Assembly: GCA_963820525.1 (NCBI GenBank)
Contig: CAWGAA010000001.1
Location: forward strand, 928,001-992,000
Length of the DNA: 64,000 nucleotides
Source: an uncultured Spirochaetota bacterium
GTDB lineage: Bacteria; Spirochaetota; Spirochaetia; SZUA-6; Fen-1364
Direction of reading: 5' to 3'
Shown: piece after piece, positions 49,106 through 58,557 of the stretch
Position numbering within the stretch: position 1 is the first letter of the stretch
How the letters are laid out: every line of letters starts with the position of its first letter
Program-made: the position numbers and the translations under genes
Notes under the pieces: model-generated
Databases searched by the model: none
Seen by the model: only the letters and a program-made list of their open reading frames with translations
Told to the model about the DNA's origin: nothing

Positions 49106-50143
49106 ATGAAAACACTGAAGATCCGATTTCTCGATTTCTGGCCTGGGTTCGATCCCGAGAACAACCCGTTCATGGAGGTTCTCAGGGCGCATTTCCAGGT
49201 GGATCGTACCGGAGAGCCGCAATTCATCGTATACTCGACATACGGGTACTCCCATCTCGATTACGATGTTCCGCGAGTCTTCTACACCGCCGAAAACGTC
49301 CGCCCGGATTTCAACATTTGCGATTACGCGCTCGGATACGACCGCATGAGTTTCGGGGATCGATACCGCAGATTCCCACTCTACCTGTTTGAAAGACAGA
49401 AAGATCTCCACGAGATAAGCGCGAGAAAGTTTGAGCCGGGCCCCCGGAAGTTCTGCAGTTTCGTCTATTCGAACCCGGACGCCGACCCGGCGAGGGACAT
49501 TTTCTTTCATCTTCTCTCGCGCTACAAGCCCGTTGACTCGGCGGGAAGGCACCTGAACAACACCGGGTACAAGGTGATGGACAAGGTCTCCTTCCAGCGC
49601 AATTACAAGTTCTCGATCGCCTTCGAAAACAGCTCCACTCCCGGGTACTCGACTGAGAAGATCCTGGACGCGTATTGCGCGGGAACAATACCCATCTACT
49701 GGGGAGATCCGGATATCGCCCAGGATTTCGACTCCGCATCTTTCATCAACTGCCACGAGTACAAGAGTTTCGAGGAAGTCATGGAACGGGTCGTCGCCCT
49801 GGACACCGTTGACAGCGAGTACGCGCGAGTTTATGAAGCGCCATTCTTTCGCCGGCGGATCTCGGGGTACACTTTCGAACCGGGGTTCGAAGAGTTCTTC
49901 GTCCATATTTTCCAACAGGACAGGGAGGCGGCATTCAGGCGCAACCGGCAGTTCTGGGGCAAGGCATATGAGACCCAGAGAAGGAAGTTCGCCAGCTACA
50001 TCGCCCGATTGGAAAGAAGGCCGCTCTTCAACCTCATGGAGCATATACGAATGATCGGGATTCCCGCTACAGTCAGGAAGCTCGCGCAAAAGCTCGACGC
50101 GAAAAAGCGGGAGAGAAAGGAAGCGAGGCTACGGGACGCATAA
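49106..50143 (+). CDS. GT10 alpha-1,3/4-fucosyltransferase-like protein
   Basis: AENVRPDFN.CDYA, KFCSFVYSN, YKFSIAFENSSTPGYSTEKI...GTIPIYWG. Confidence 0.92.
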   Translation: MKTLKIRFLDFWPGFDPENNPFMEVLRAHFQVDRTGEPQFIVYSTYGYSHLDYDVPRVFYTAENVRPDFNICDYALGYDRMSFGDRYRRFPLYLFERQKDLHEISARKFEPGPRKFCSFVYSNPDADPARDIFFHLLSRYKPVDSAGRHLNNTGYKVMDKVSFQRNYKFSIAFENSSTPGYSTEKILDAYCAGTIPIYWGDPDIAQDFDSASFINCHEYKSFEEVMERVVALDTVDSEYARVYEAPFFRRRISGYTFEPGFEEFFVHIFQQDREAAFRRNRQFWGKAYETQRRKFASYIARLERRPLFNLMEHIRMIGIPATVRKLAQKLDAKKRERKEARLRDA

Positions 50144-50169
50144 GAGAAAACACCGGGCGCCGCGCGCTC

Positions 50170-51057
50170 TTGAGGGTGTATCGGTTCTTGTGGAAGCCCA
50201 GGCGATGGTCGTATCCGGCCCGGATAGAGAGCGCGGAAGAGGGCAACGCATCTCTGGCGGCCGCAATCGAAAGCGGCAAGCCGTTTCTCGCGGGCCGTTT
50301 CGGCAGCGTTGAACTCAACAGCCTGGAGAGATTCATCAGAGCTCGCAACCCATCGAAGAGATACAGCCAAAAATTGAAGAGCGACATATCAAAGAACGCC
50401 GGCTTCTTCCCCACCGACGATCTATCGATGGATGGGTTCGGCCGCATCTACGCACAGTCCATCGCTGCGCTTGATTTTGCCGGAGTATGGTTCAACCGAT
50501 ACGAGGATCTGGCAGTGAGGAGGCTCTGCCCGCTGGCCCGGCTCGTTCCCCTCATCTCGCTGGAGCCCTACTTTTTTTTAGAGCCATGGAGCCGCGCCCT
50601 GGAAGGCAGGCGTGTTCTTGTCGTGCACCCTTTTGCCGCCAGCATCCAGGGAAGCTTTCGCGAAGCGAGGGCCCGTCTCTTCGAGAACCCGCGGGTCCTT
50701 CCCTCCTTCCATCTTCTCACGCTCAAGGCCGTTCAGTCGCACGCCGGCGCCTCATGCGGCTTTGCATCGTGGTTCGACGCGTTGAGCTTCATGAAGGATC
50801 GGATAAGAGCTCTTGATTTCGATGTCTGTATTGTCGGGGCCGGTGCATACGGGCTTCCCCTTGCGGCATTCGCGAAGAACCTGGGAAAGCAGGCAATTCA
50901 CATGGGAGGCGCTTCCCAGGTCCTCTTCGGCATCATCGGCAGGCGTTGGGAAGAGCACCCCATCATCAAGACCTTCATCAATTCAGCCTGGCGGAGGCCG
51001 ACCGCGGACGAAACGCCTCCGGATGCTCGCCTGGTCGAGAATGGGTGCTACTGGTAG
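50170..51057 (+). CDS. Conserved glycan-locus hypothetical protein (possible GT-D-like)
   Basis: [60 protein letters not shown]. Confidence 0.7.
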   Translation: MRVYRFLWKPRRWSYPARIESAEEGNASLAAAIESGKPFLAGRFGSVELNSLERFIRARNPSKRYSQKLKSDISKNAGFFPTDDLSMDGFGRIYAQSIAALDFAGVWFNRYEDLAVRRLCPLARLVPLISLEPYFFLEPWSRALEGRRVLVVHPFAASIQGSFREARARLFENPRVLPSFHLLTLKAVQSHAGASCGFASWFDALSFMKDRIRALDFDVCIVGAGAYGLPLAAFAKNLGKQAIHMGGASQVLFGIIGRRWEEHPIIKTFINSAWRRPTADETPPDARLVENGCYW

Positions 51058-51083
51058 AGCCACGGAAGGCTCAAGGAGCAGCT

Positions 51084-52052
51084 ATGTACGAAAACCTTCC
51101 CCGATCCTTAAACACGCGGGTCCTGGTCACCGGCGGAGCCGGATTCTTGGGCAGCCACCTCTGTGAAAGGCTTCTCAAAGAGGGCTGCGACGTCATCTGC
51201 CTGGACAATTTCTTCACGGGGCAGAAACGGCACATCGCTCACCTCGTGGGGAACCCCTTCTTCGAGGTTGTCCGCCATGACGTGACCTTCCCGTACTACG
51301 CGGAGGTCGACCGTATCTTCAATCTTGCCTGCCCGGCCAGTCCGCCTCATTACCAGTTCGACCCGGTCCAAACAACGAAGACCTCCGTCCACGGGGCCAT
51401 CAACATGCTCGGCCTGGCCAAGCGGGTTCGCGCGCGCATCCTGCAGGCCTCAACAAGCGAGGTATATGGAGACCCCGAAGTGCACCCGCAGGTTGAGAGC
51501 TACTGGGGCCGTGTGAATCCCATTGGTGTGCGCTCCTGCTACGACGAGGGCAAGCGGTGCGCGGAGACCCTTTTCTTCGATTACTGGCGCCAGAACAGGG
51601 TGGACATCAAGGTTGTGCGCATCTTCAACACGTACGGTCCCCGGATGCATCCCTATGACGGCCGAGTGGTGAGCAACTTCATCGTCCAGGCGCTCAAAGG
51701 GGAGAACATCACAATCTTCGGAGACGGCTCGCAGACCCGCTCCTTCTGCTACGTCGACGATCTCATCGATGCCATGATTCTGATGATGGATGCTCCGGAG
51801 GATTTCACCGGCCCCGTGAACATCGGCAACCCCTCGGAGTTCACCATGCTGGAGCTTGCGAAGGTGGTCATTGAGCTTACCGGCTCCCGCTCCCGGCTGG
51901 AGTTCCAGCCTCTCCCGCAAGATGATCCCCGCCAGCGGAAACCCGACATCTCTCTGGCAGAGGAAAAGCTGGGCTGGAAGCCGAAGATCGAGCTCCGGAA
52001 GGGAATTGCAAGGACAATCGAATATTTCAAAAAGCTGTTGGCGGAATCGTGA
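51084..52052 (+). CDS. uxs: UDP-glucuronate decarboxylase (UDP-xylose synthase)
   Basis: [55 protein letters not shown]. Confidence 0.94.
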   Translation: MYENLPRSLNTRVLVTGGAGFLGSHLCERLLKEGCDVICLDNFFTGQKRHIAHLVGNPFFEVVRHDVTFPYYAEVDRIFNLACPASPPHYQFDPVQTTKTSVHGAINMLGLAKRVRARILQASTSEVYGDPEVHPQVESYWGRVNPIGVRSCYDEGKRCAETLFFDYWRQNRVDIKVVRIFNTYGPRMHPYDGRVVSNFIVQALKGENITIFGDGSQTRSFCYVDDLIDAMILMMDAPEDFTGPVNIGNPSEFTMLELAKVVIELTGSRSRLEFQPLPQDDPRQRKPDISLAEEKLGWKPKIELRKGIARTIEYFKKLLAES

Positions 52053-52092
52053 GGCAATTCCGTAACGAATGCGGGGCTTGCACGGGGTCGGG

Positions 52093-52854
52093 ATGGGCCG
52101 CTTCCCGCTGAACACTCTTCCCGTCTCAATCATCACCGTGGTCCGCAACGACATCGCGGGGCTCGAACGGACCATGGACAGCGTCGCGTCCCAGGATTAT
52201 CCGCGGATCGAATATATCGTGGTGGACGGCGCCTCGACCGACGGCACCCGCGAGCTCCTCGAGCGGCGCGCCGTTGAAATGCATCGCTGGATCAGCGAGC
52301 CGGACGGCGGCATCTATGAAGCGATGAACAAGGGGGCCCGGCTTGCATCCGGAGAGTACCTGCTCTTCATGAACGCGGGGGATTGCTTCGCGTCCCCGGA
52401 TGCGGTCTCCCGCATGTTCGTTCCGCGCCCGGACGCCGAGCTTCTCTGGGGTGACTGCATCATCCAGGGCACGCGGGGCGAGGAATACGACCCTGCACGG
52501 GACGTTGTCGGGAGACTTCACAGGCAAATGACGGTCTGCCACCAGAGCCTCTTCATACGGCGGGCCGCGCTCCTGGAAAGGCCCTACGACGAATCGCTGC
52601 GCATTGCCGCCGACTACGATTTTCTCTGCGAGCGGATCCTCGCAGGCGCATCCTGGGAACACCGTCCGCTGCCCGTGAGCAGGATAGATGACCAGGGTGT
52701 CTCTGTGCAGATCTTTCGCACGAGCATCAGCGAAAAGCGGCGAGTAGCCCTGGCGCGATTCCCCAAGAGGCGCGTCTCTATTCTTTTCCATTACTTTCTG
52801 CTGGAACTGTATATGAACGCGAAAGCCTTTCTGAAGGCGCTTCGTGCGCGCTGA
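52093..52854 (+). CDS. GT2 glycosyltransferase (WcaE/WfgS-like)
   Basis: DGASTDGT, SEPDGGIYEAMNKG, FMNAGD, HQS, ADYD. Confidence 0.9.
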   Translation: MGRFPLNTLPVSIITVVRNDIAGLERTMDSVASQDYPRIEYIVVDGASTDGTRELLERRAVEMHRWISEPDGGIYEAMNKGARLASGEYLLFMNAGDCFASPDAVSRMFVPRPDAELLWGDCIIQGTRGEEYDPARDVVGRLHRQMTVCHQSLFIRRAALLERPYDESLRIAADYDFLCERILAGASWEHRPLPVSRIDDQGVSVQIFRTSISEKRRVALARFPKRRVSILFHYFLLELYMNAKAFLKALRAR

Positions 52855-53590
52855 ATATATTCTCCGCCTGGATGATGCATGCCCGACCTGGGACAGGCAC
52901 CGCTGGGATGAGGTGGAAGGCCTCGTCAAACGACACGGCGTAAGGCCCATTGTCGCGGTTGTTCCGGCGAACGTGGATACGGCGCTTGTGAGAGGGCCCG
53001 TAGATGAGGGATTCTGGGAGCGCGCCAGCTCCTGGCAGAAAGCGGGATGGATGATCGCGCTGCATGGGTTTTCTCACGCCCTCAGGCGGTCGGGAGGGGG
53101 CCTTGTGCCCGTGAATCGCTACAGCGAGTTCGTCGGCCTGCCGGCGGAAGAGCAGAAGCGCCGAATCCGCGATGGGATAAGCGTGCTGGAGACCAGGGGG
53201 CTTGTCCCGGAGGCGTGGGTGGCCCCGGCGCATGGCATGGATTGGCTGACGCTCGGAGCCCTGAAGACGGAAAGCCGCATCCGGGTGATCAGCGACTCGT
53301 TTTACAGGCGGCCCGTGCGGCGTTGGGGTTTCACATGGATTCCTCAACAGCTCTGGCATCCACGCGTGATGGCGAGCGGGCTCTGGACGATTTGCATCCA
53401 CCCGAACCAGATGGACAGTGCCGGGATGGGCCTGCTGGATGCTTTCCTTTCAGGGCACCGGGAATCTTTCCCGGACCCGAAAGATGTTGCATTCCGGGCC
53501 ATGCCGTATGGGCTTGTGGACGCGGTCTTCAGCGTCGCGTTCCTGGCCGCGCTCCGGATCAAGAGAAAAACGGCAGAAAGGAAGGCGTGA
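52844..53590 (+). CDS. DUF2334 / polysaccharide deacetylase-fold protein
   Basis: LRLDDACP, IALHGFSH, SEFVGL, VAPAHG, ICIHPN. Confidence 0.8.
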   Translation: MRAEYILRLDDACPTWDRHRWDEVEGLVKRHGVRPIVAVVPANVDTALVRGPVDEGFWERASSWQKAGWMIALHGFSHALRRSGGGLVPVNRYSEFVGLPAEEQKRRIRDGISVLETRGLVPEAWVAPAHGMDWLTLGALKTESRIRVISDSFYRRPVRRWGFTWIPQQLWHPRVMASGLWTICIHPNQMDSAGMGLLDAFLSGHRESFPDPKDVAFRAMPYGLVDAVFSVAFLAALRIKRKTAERKA

Positions 53591-55539
53591 TGGGAGAAAG
53601 TGAATTCGAAGTCTTCGTTCCGGGCCGAGTCTGCCTTTTCGGCGAACATTCGGATTGGGCGGGAGGGTACCGGAGGATCAACTCCTCCATCATGCCCGGC
53701 TGCGCAATCATCTGCGGAACCAACCAGGGCCTTCGGGCCCGGGTCCATCCCCACGCCGACCGGTTGATATTCCATTCCTCGCTCATCGCGGACGGCGTGC
53801 GCCAGGATTTCGACATCCCCATGCAGGCAGATGCCCTGCTCGCGGAGGCGCGAAAGGGCGGCTTTTTCAGCTACGTGGCGGGAGTGGCCTACCAGGTTCT
53901 CACGCACAACACCGTGAAAGGGCTGGTCATCGATAACTACGTCACGGACCTTCCCGTGAAAAAGGGGTTGTCGTCCAGCGCCGCGGTCTGCGTGCTTACG
54001 GCCCGGGCTTTCAACCTGGCCTATGACCTGAAGATGACCGTGCGCGGCGAGATGGACTACGCGTATCGCGGTGAAATCACGACGCCTTCCCGCTGCGGGA
54101 GGATGGACCAGGGCTGCGCGTACGGATCCCGTCCCGTCATGATGAGCTTCGACGGCGACTCCCTGGATGTGTCGGAGCTTGCCTGCGGTGCGGATCTGCA
54201 TTTCATTGTCGCGGACCTCAAGGCCACCAAGGACACGGTCAAGATCCTGGCGGACCTGAACAAGGCATTTCCTTTCGCGGAGAACGAGATTGAAAAGGGA
54301 GTGCAGGAATACCTGGGGCCCATCAACTGCCGCATAATTACGGAGGCCGCGGACGCGCTGCGTGCCGGGAATGCCGAGCGGCTCGGCACGCTCTTGAGCG
54401 AGGCTCAGTCCAATTTCGACCGCTATGCAGCCCCAGCATGCCCCGAGCAGCTTACGGCGCCGGTCCTGCATCGGGTGCTCTCCTTCCCCTCTCTGGCCCC
54501 GCACGTGCTCGGCGGCAAGGGCGTGGGCAGCCAGGGCGACGGCTCCGTGCAGTTTCTCTGCAGGGACGAGCAGAGCAGGGAAGCCGCCATTCGCATTCTC
54601 GAGAACGACCTGGGGCTCTCCTGCCTGAGGCTTACGGTTCCCCGGAGCAAGAAGATCAGGAAAGCCGTCATCACGGCCGCTGGCTACGGAACTCGCCTGT
54701 TTCCCATGACAGCAGCAGTGCGCAAGGAATTCCTGCCGGTTGTAGACAACAAGGGACGCATGCTTCCCCTCATCCTCGCCAACGTGGAAGAGGCCGTGGA
54801 AGCCGGAATCGAGGAAATCTGCATCATCATCCAGGAGCAGGATCGCGCCTTCTTCCAGGACTTCTTCGGGCAGAACATCCCCGCGGCGCTCTACGATAAG
54901 TTGTCCGCTCATGCGCGGGAAAGCCTTTCCGCAATCAGGGACATCGGCAAGCGGGTCGTCCTGCGCGCCCAAGAGGAGCAGAAGGGGCTCGGCCATGCAG
55001 TGTACCAGGTGCGGGACTGGGTGGGGAACGAGCCTTTCATGCTGGTGCTTGGAGACCACCTCTTCGTTCGGCGGGCCGCAAAGGCGTGCGCCAGGCAGCT
55101 GGTGGACCGGTTCGAGGGGCTGGAAACAGCCCTCATCGGCCTGCAGCCCACGCCGGAATCCGAAGTGGGGCGTTTTGGAACGGTTGGCGGCGCATGGGTG
55201 GACGGCGATGACAAACGGGATCTCATCGACATTTCCATGTTCAAGGAAAAGCCGGACAAAGAGTTCGCCGCAGAGTACCTGGGCGTGGAAGGACTGCCCG
55301 ATCGGACGTACCTGACCGTCTTCGGACTCTACCTGCTGACACCCGGGATTTTCGATGTGCTTCAAAGAAGCATTCAGGAGTGCGGAGGCGACGGGCGCGA
55401 AATTCAGCTCACCGATGCGCTGGATGACCTGCGCAGAAAGGAACGCGTCCTGGGCCTCCTTATCCAAGGGGAGAAGATCGATATTGGCCTTCCTATGGGA
55501 TACATCGACGGCCTCCTCAAGTTCTCGGGACGCGCATGA
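53590..55539 (+). CDS. Bifunctional GHMP sugar kinase (GalK-like) and GalU-like nucleotidyltransferase
   Basis: PGRVCLFGEHSDW, PVKKGLSSSAA, CGRMDQ; then KAVITAAGYGTRLFP...KEFLP, QEEQKGLGHAV, LGDH, EKP, EIQLTDAL. Confidence 0.88.
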   Translation: MGESEFEVFVPGRVCLFGEHSDWAGGYRRINSSIMPGCAIICGTNQGLRARVHPHADRLIFHSSLIADGVRQDFDIPMQADALLAEARKGGFFSYVAGVAYQVLTHNTVKGLVIDNYVTDLPVKKGLSSSAAVCVLTARAFNLAYDLKMTVRGEMDYAYRGEITTPSRCGRMDQGCAYGSRPVMMSFDGDSLDVSELACGADLHFIVADLKATKDTVKILADLNKAFPFAENEIEKGVQEYLGPINCRIITEAADALRAGNAERLGTLLSEAQSNFDRYAAPACPEQLTAPVLHRVLSFPSLAPHVLGGKGVGSQGDGSVQFLCRDEQSREAAIRILENDLGLSCLRLTVPRSKKIRKAVITAAGYGTRLFPMTAAVRKEFLPVVDNKGRMLPLILANVEEAVEAGIEEICIIIQEQDRAFFQDFFGQNIPAALYDKLSAHARESLSAIRDIGKRVVLRAQEEQKGLGHAVYQVRDWVGNEPFMLVLGDHLFVRRAAKACARQLVDRFEGLETALIGLQPTPESEVGRFGTVGGAWVDGDDKRDLIDISMFKEKPDKEFAAEYLGVEGLPDRTYLTVFGLYLLTPGIFDVLQRSIQECGGDGREIQLTDALDDLRRKERVLGLLIQGEKIDIGLPMGYIDGLLKFSGRA

Positions 55540-56252
55540 TCGATGTCAGGCGCCGCAGGCACGGGATACCGTACGCGCAGAAGTGGTTCGCGCGTTCGGT
55601 GCGCCGCGCCGATCTGTTTGGATTTATTGCGTACTACCAGTATCTGGGCGACCGGGCGCCCGCGCTTTTCACCCGGCGCACCTTTTCAACCATCCTGATC
55701 GATATCTGTCGGGAACCCGAAGCCATCCTGGGGGATATGCATAGAAACGTCCGCTATGAAATCCGCCGGGCTGACACCGAAAACCTGGAATGGGAGGCCG
55801 GCGTTGACCTCGCCGTGTTCGCTTCTTTCCATGAAGCGTTCGTGAGCAAGCGGGCGATCCATGGCGTGGATGAAGAACGCCTCCTGTCGTTCGGCTCGTC
55901 GCTTTTGCTCTCGCGCTCGAGCCGTGACGGCAGGACACTGGCCCAGCACGCCTACATTGTGGACCCTGCCGAAAGCAGGGCTCGCTTCCTCTATTCCTCC
56001 TCGGGCCGCTTTCTTGACGGCGATTCCGCCCTGGCGGGGCGCGCCAACCGCTGGTGTCATTGGAAGGACATGCTGCACCTGCGTGGACTGGGCGTTCGCA
56101 CCTACGACCTGGGCGGAATAGCGACAGGCTCGGTGGACCCTGCCCTCGCCGGGATCAATGAGTTCAAGCTTCGCTTTGGCGGGACGGTTGTGCGTGAGGA
56201 CCACTGGCTGTCGCCCCTGTACCTGCTTGCATCCCTACTGGGGTCTCCATGA
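55536..56252 (+). CDS. FemAB/GNAT-like protein
   Basis: TILIDI...NVRYEIRRA, ANRWCHW, YDLGG, GINEFKLRFGG. Confidence 0.75.
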   Translation: MIDVRRRRHGIPYAQKWFARSVRRADLFGFIAYYQYLGDRAPALFTRRTFSTILIDICREPEAILGDMHRNVRYEIRRADTENLEWEAGVDLAVFASFHEAFVSKRAIHGVDEERLLSFGSSLLLSRSSRDGRTLAQHAYIVDPAESRARFLYSSSGRFLDGDSALAGRANRWCHWKDMLHLRGLGVRTYDLGGIATGSVDPALAGINEFKLRFGGTVVREDHWLSPLYLLASLLGSP

Positions 56253-57418
56253 GCGAAGCCCCGGCAGTTCTCCTTATCAACAGCCCGGGAACGGGCGGCG
56301 CCGAGCGCGCGGTGGCCGCGGCCGCGGCGCGCCTCAAAGAGATGGGACGCGATGTGCGGCTTCTGTGCCTCGAGCGCGCCCCCTTAAGCGGAGCTTTGTC
56401 CGCACATGTCCCGGTCGAATACCTCTCCAGCCTGAGTGCCCACGCAAACCCTGCCCTCAAGCTCCTTGCGCTTCCCTTTCTTGCCCTCCGTCTTTCAGCC
56501 TACCTGTCAGCCGAAAGCATCCCCGTTGTCATGAGCCACCTTTTCAGGGCCAATTTCGTCAATGTCCTGGCCCGTGTGCTCGCTCGCTCCCGGCATAGGG
56601 CTGTGCTCGTGAATCACACGCGGGTGAGCCGCCTTGCCGGCGAAGGTCTTGCGGGCCGGATCAACTGGGCGCTCTGCCAAATGCTGTACCCTCGGGCTGA
56701 TTGCGTGGCGAGCGTTTCCACAGGGGCGGCGCGTGAGTGTGCTCGCCTTCTTCGATTGCCTGCTTCACGGTCGATCACGCTCTACGATCCGATCAACACC
56801 TCTTTGGCGGCCTCCGCGGCAGCCGGAGCGCGACCGGCTCATGCCATTGCGGCTGTCGGCAGGCTTGTCGGCTTGAAGAGGTTCCCGGACCTCATCGATG
56901 CCTTCTCCAGGGTGGCGCCGGACTTCCCGGGCCTCCAGCTGCGCCTTGTCGGCGGGGGCCCCGAGCAGTCACGGCTCGAGCGCCGAGCCGCCGCCACGGG
57001 AGTCTCGGCACGGATCCGCTTTCTGGGTCAATCCGCCGAACCGGCTGCGGCAATGGCCGGGTGCGCCGTCTTTGTATCGACATCCGAAACCGAAGGCTTT
57101 GGCATGGCGATTGTCGAGGCTCTGGCCGCGGGCGTCCCCGTTATCGCCTCGGATTGTGCCTATGGACCTCGGGAGATTCTGGCTCCATCCACAGATCAAA
57201 CGCGTCTCCTTCCGTTTGGTGCCGATATTGAAATTGCGCGCTATGGAATCCTGTATCCCGTTGGATCGGTGGATGCTCTGGAAAAGGCGCTGCGGAGGGT
57301 CCTGGCGGATTCCGCTCTGCGGGCGGAGCTTGCGCGGAGAGGGCCCGAGCGGGCGGCGGACTTCTCCGTGGATCGCTCGACGGCCCAGTACGACAGACTG
57401 CTCTTTCCCGGACAATGA
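56249..57418 (+). CDS. GT4 glycosyltransferase (PglJ-like)
   Basis: GGAER, RANFVN, VGRL...K, EGFGMAIVEALA, SDCAYGPREIL. Confidence 0.88.
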   Translation: MSEAPAVLLINSPGTGGAERAVAAAAARLKEMGRDVRLLCLERAPLSGALSAHVPVEYLSSLSAHANPALKLLALPFLALRLSAYLSAESIPVVMSHLFRANFVNVLARVLARSRHRAVLVNHTRVSRLAGEGLAGRINWALCQMLYPRADCVASVSTGAARECARLLRLPASRSITLYDPINTSLAASAAAGARPAHAIAAVGRLVGLKRFPDLIDAFSRVAPDFPGLQLRLVGGGPEQSRLERRAAATGVSARIRFLGQSAEPAAAMAGCAVFVSTSETEGFGMAIVEALAAGVPVIASDCAYGPREILAPSTDQTRLLPFGADIEIARYGILYPVGSVDALEKALRRVLADSALRAELARRGPERAADFSVDRSTAQYDRLLFPGQ

Positions 57419-58557
57419 GGAACGCGGTGCATAACGATCACGTCGTCATATCCTACAACACCAGCTGGTACGTCTATAACTTCCGGCTGCCCCTCATCCG
57501 GGCGCTTTCACAAGCGGGGTGGAGGGTCACCGTGCTCTCTCCCCGTGACGAATACACGGACCGCGTGCTGGAGTCCGGTGCCGCGCATCGCGCAATAGAG
57601 CTGGAGCCAAAGGGGATCAATCCAATCCGCGAGCTCAAGGCCATCCGCAATTTCAAGACCGCCTACCGCGAGCTTGCCCCGGCCGTGGCCTTGCAGTACA
57701 CGATCAAGCCCAATATCTATGGCTCCCTCGCCGCTCGGGCCGTCGGCGTTCCCGTCATCAACACCATCACGGGACTGGGAGTCATGTTCAGCGGCGGGCC
57801 CAAGGAGCTGTTGGTCCGCATGCTCTATCGATTTGCCTTTGCGCGGGCCGAGCTCACCCTCTTTCAGAACCCCGACGACATGAGGCTTTTTCTGGCTAAC
57901 GGCATGGTGAAGACGGGACGAATCGGACTGCTTCAGGGATCCGGCGTGGACTGCGAGCGCTTTTCTCCGCGGCCTCGAGGTTCCGGGCCCTTCACGTTCC
58001 TTCTGGCGGCGCGTCTCCTGCGAGCCAAGGGCGTCGAAGATTTCGTGGCCGCCGCGCGGCACGTGAAGTCACGACATCCGGATTCCCGATTCGTGCTTCT
58101 GGGCAGCCATGATGCGGCGGATCCCGAATACGCGGATTCCGTCCTTCTGTCCCGCGCGGCTTCCGACGGCACGGTGGAGCATCACGGACATGTGGATGAT
58201 GTCAGGCCGTTCATTGCGTCGGCTGACTGCGTGGTGCTTCCATCCTACTACCGGGAGGGAGTGCCGCGCTCCCTCCTGGAGGCGGCCAGCATGGGCAAGC
58301 CCCTGATCGCCGCGAACTCCGTGGGCACGCGGGAGCCGGTGCGGGATGGGGAAAACGGCTTTCTCTGCCGTCCACGCGACCCCGCGGACCTTGCGGCGAA
58401 GATGGAAGCGCTGATCAGGATGCCCAAGGACAGGCGCGCCGCCATGGGCGCTTCATCGCGTCGATATGTCATTGAACGCTTCCAAGAGCGCTCCGTCATC
58501 GACACGTACCTGGAAGCGGTGCAACGCCTTGCCGAGCGCAAGGGGCGGATGCCGTGA
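57415..58557 (+). CDS. GT4 glycosyltransferase (PglA/CapM-like)
   Basis: NFRLPLI, YTIKPNIYG, ITGLG, FQNPDD, GSGVD, LPSYYREGVPRSLLEA. Confidence 0.92.
   Translation: MRNAVHNDHVVISYNTSWYVYNFRLPLIRALSQAGWRVTVLSPRDEYTDRVLESGAAHRAIELEPKGINPIRELKAIRNFKTAYRELAPAVALQYTIKPNIYGSLAARAVGVPVINTITGLGVMFSGGPKELLVRMLYRFAFARAELTLFQNPDDMRLFLANGMVKTGRIGLLQGSGVDCERFSPRPRGSGPFTFLLAARLLRAKGVEDFVAAARHVKSRHPDSRFVLLGSHDAADPEYADSVLLSRAASDGTVEHHGHVDDVRPFIASADCVVLPSYYREGVPRSLLEAASMGKPLIAANSVGTREPVRDGENGFLCRPRDPADLAAKMEALIRMPKDRRAAMGASSRRYVIERFQERSVIDTYLEAVQRLAERKGRMP

Noticed and set aside
21691..53589. Extended starts in the ORF track (21691, 27584, 29262, 31696, 36520, 42752, 47446, 50946, 53047)
   Set aside because: They overlap upstream genes; the real starts coincide with stop/start overlaps or close spacing and with the onset of family motifs
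53344..55467. 707-aa minus-strand ORF and many other long antisense ORFs
   Set aside because: They are shadows of well-supported plus-strand genes in GC-rich DNA and have no recognisable motifs
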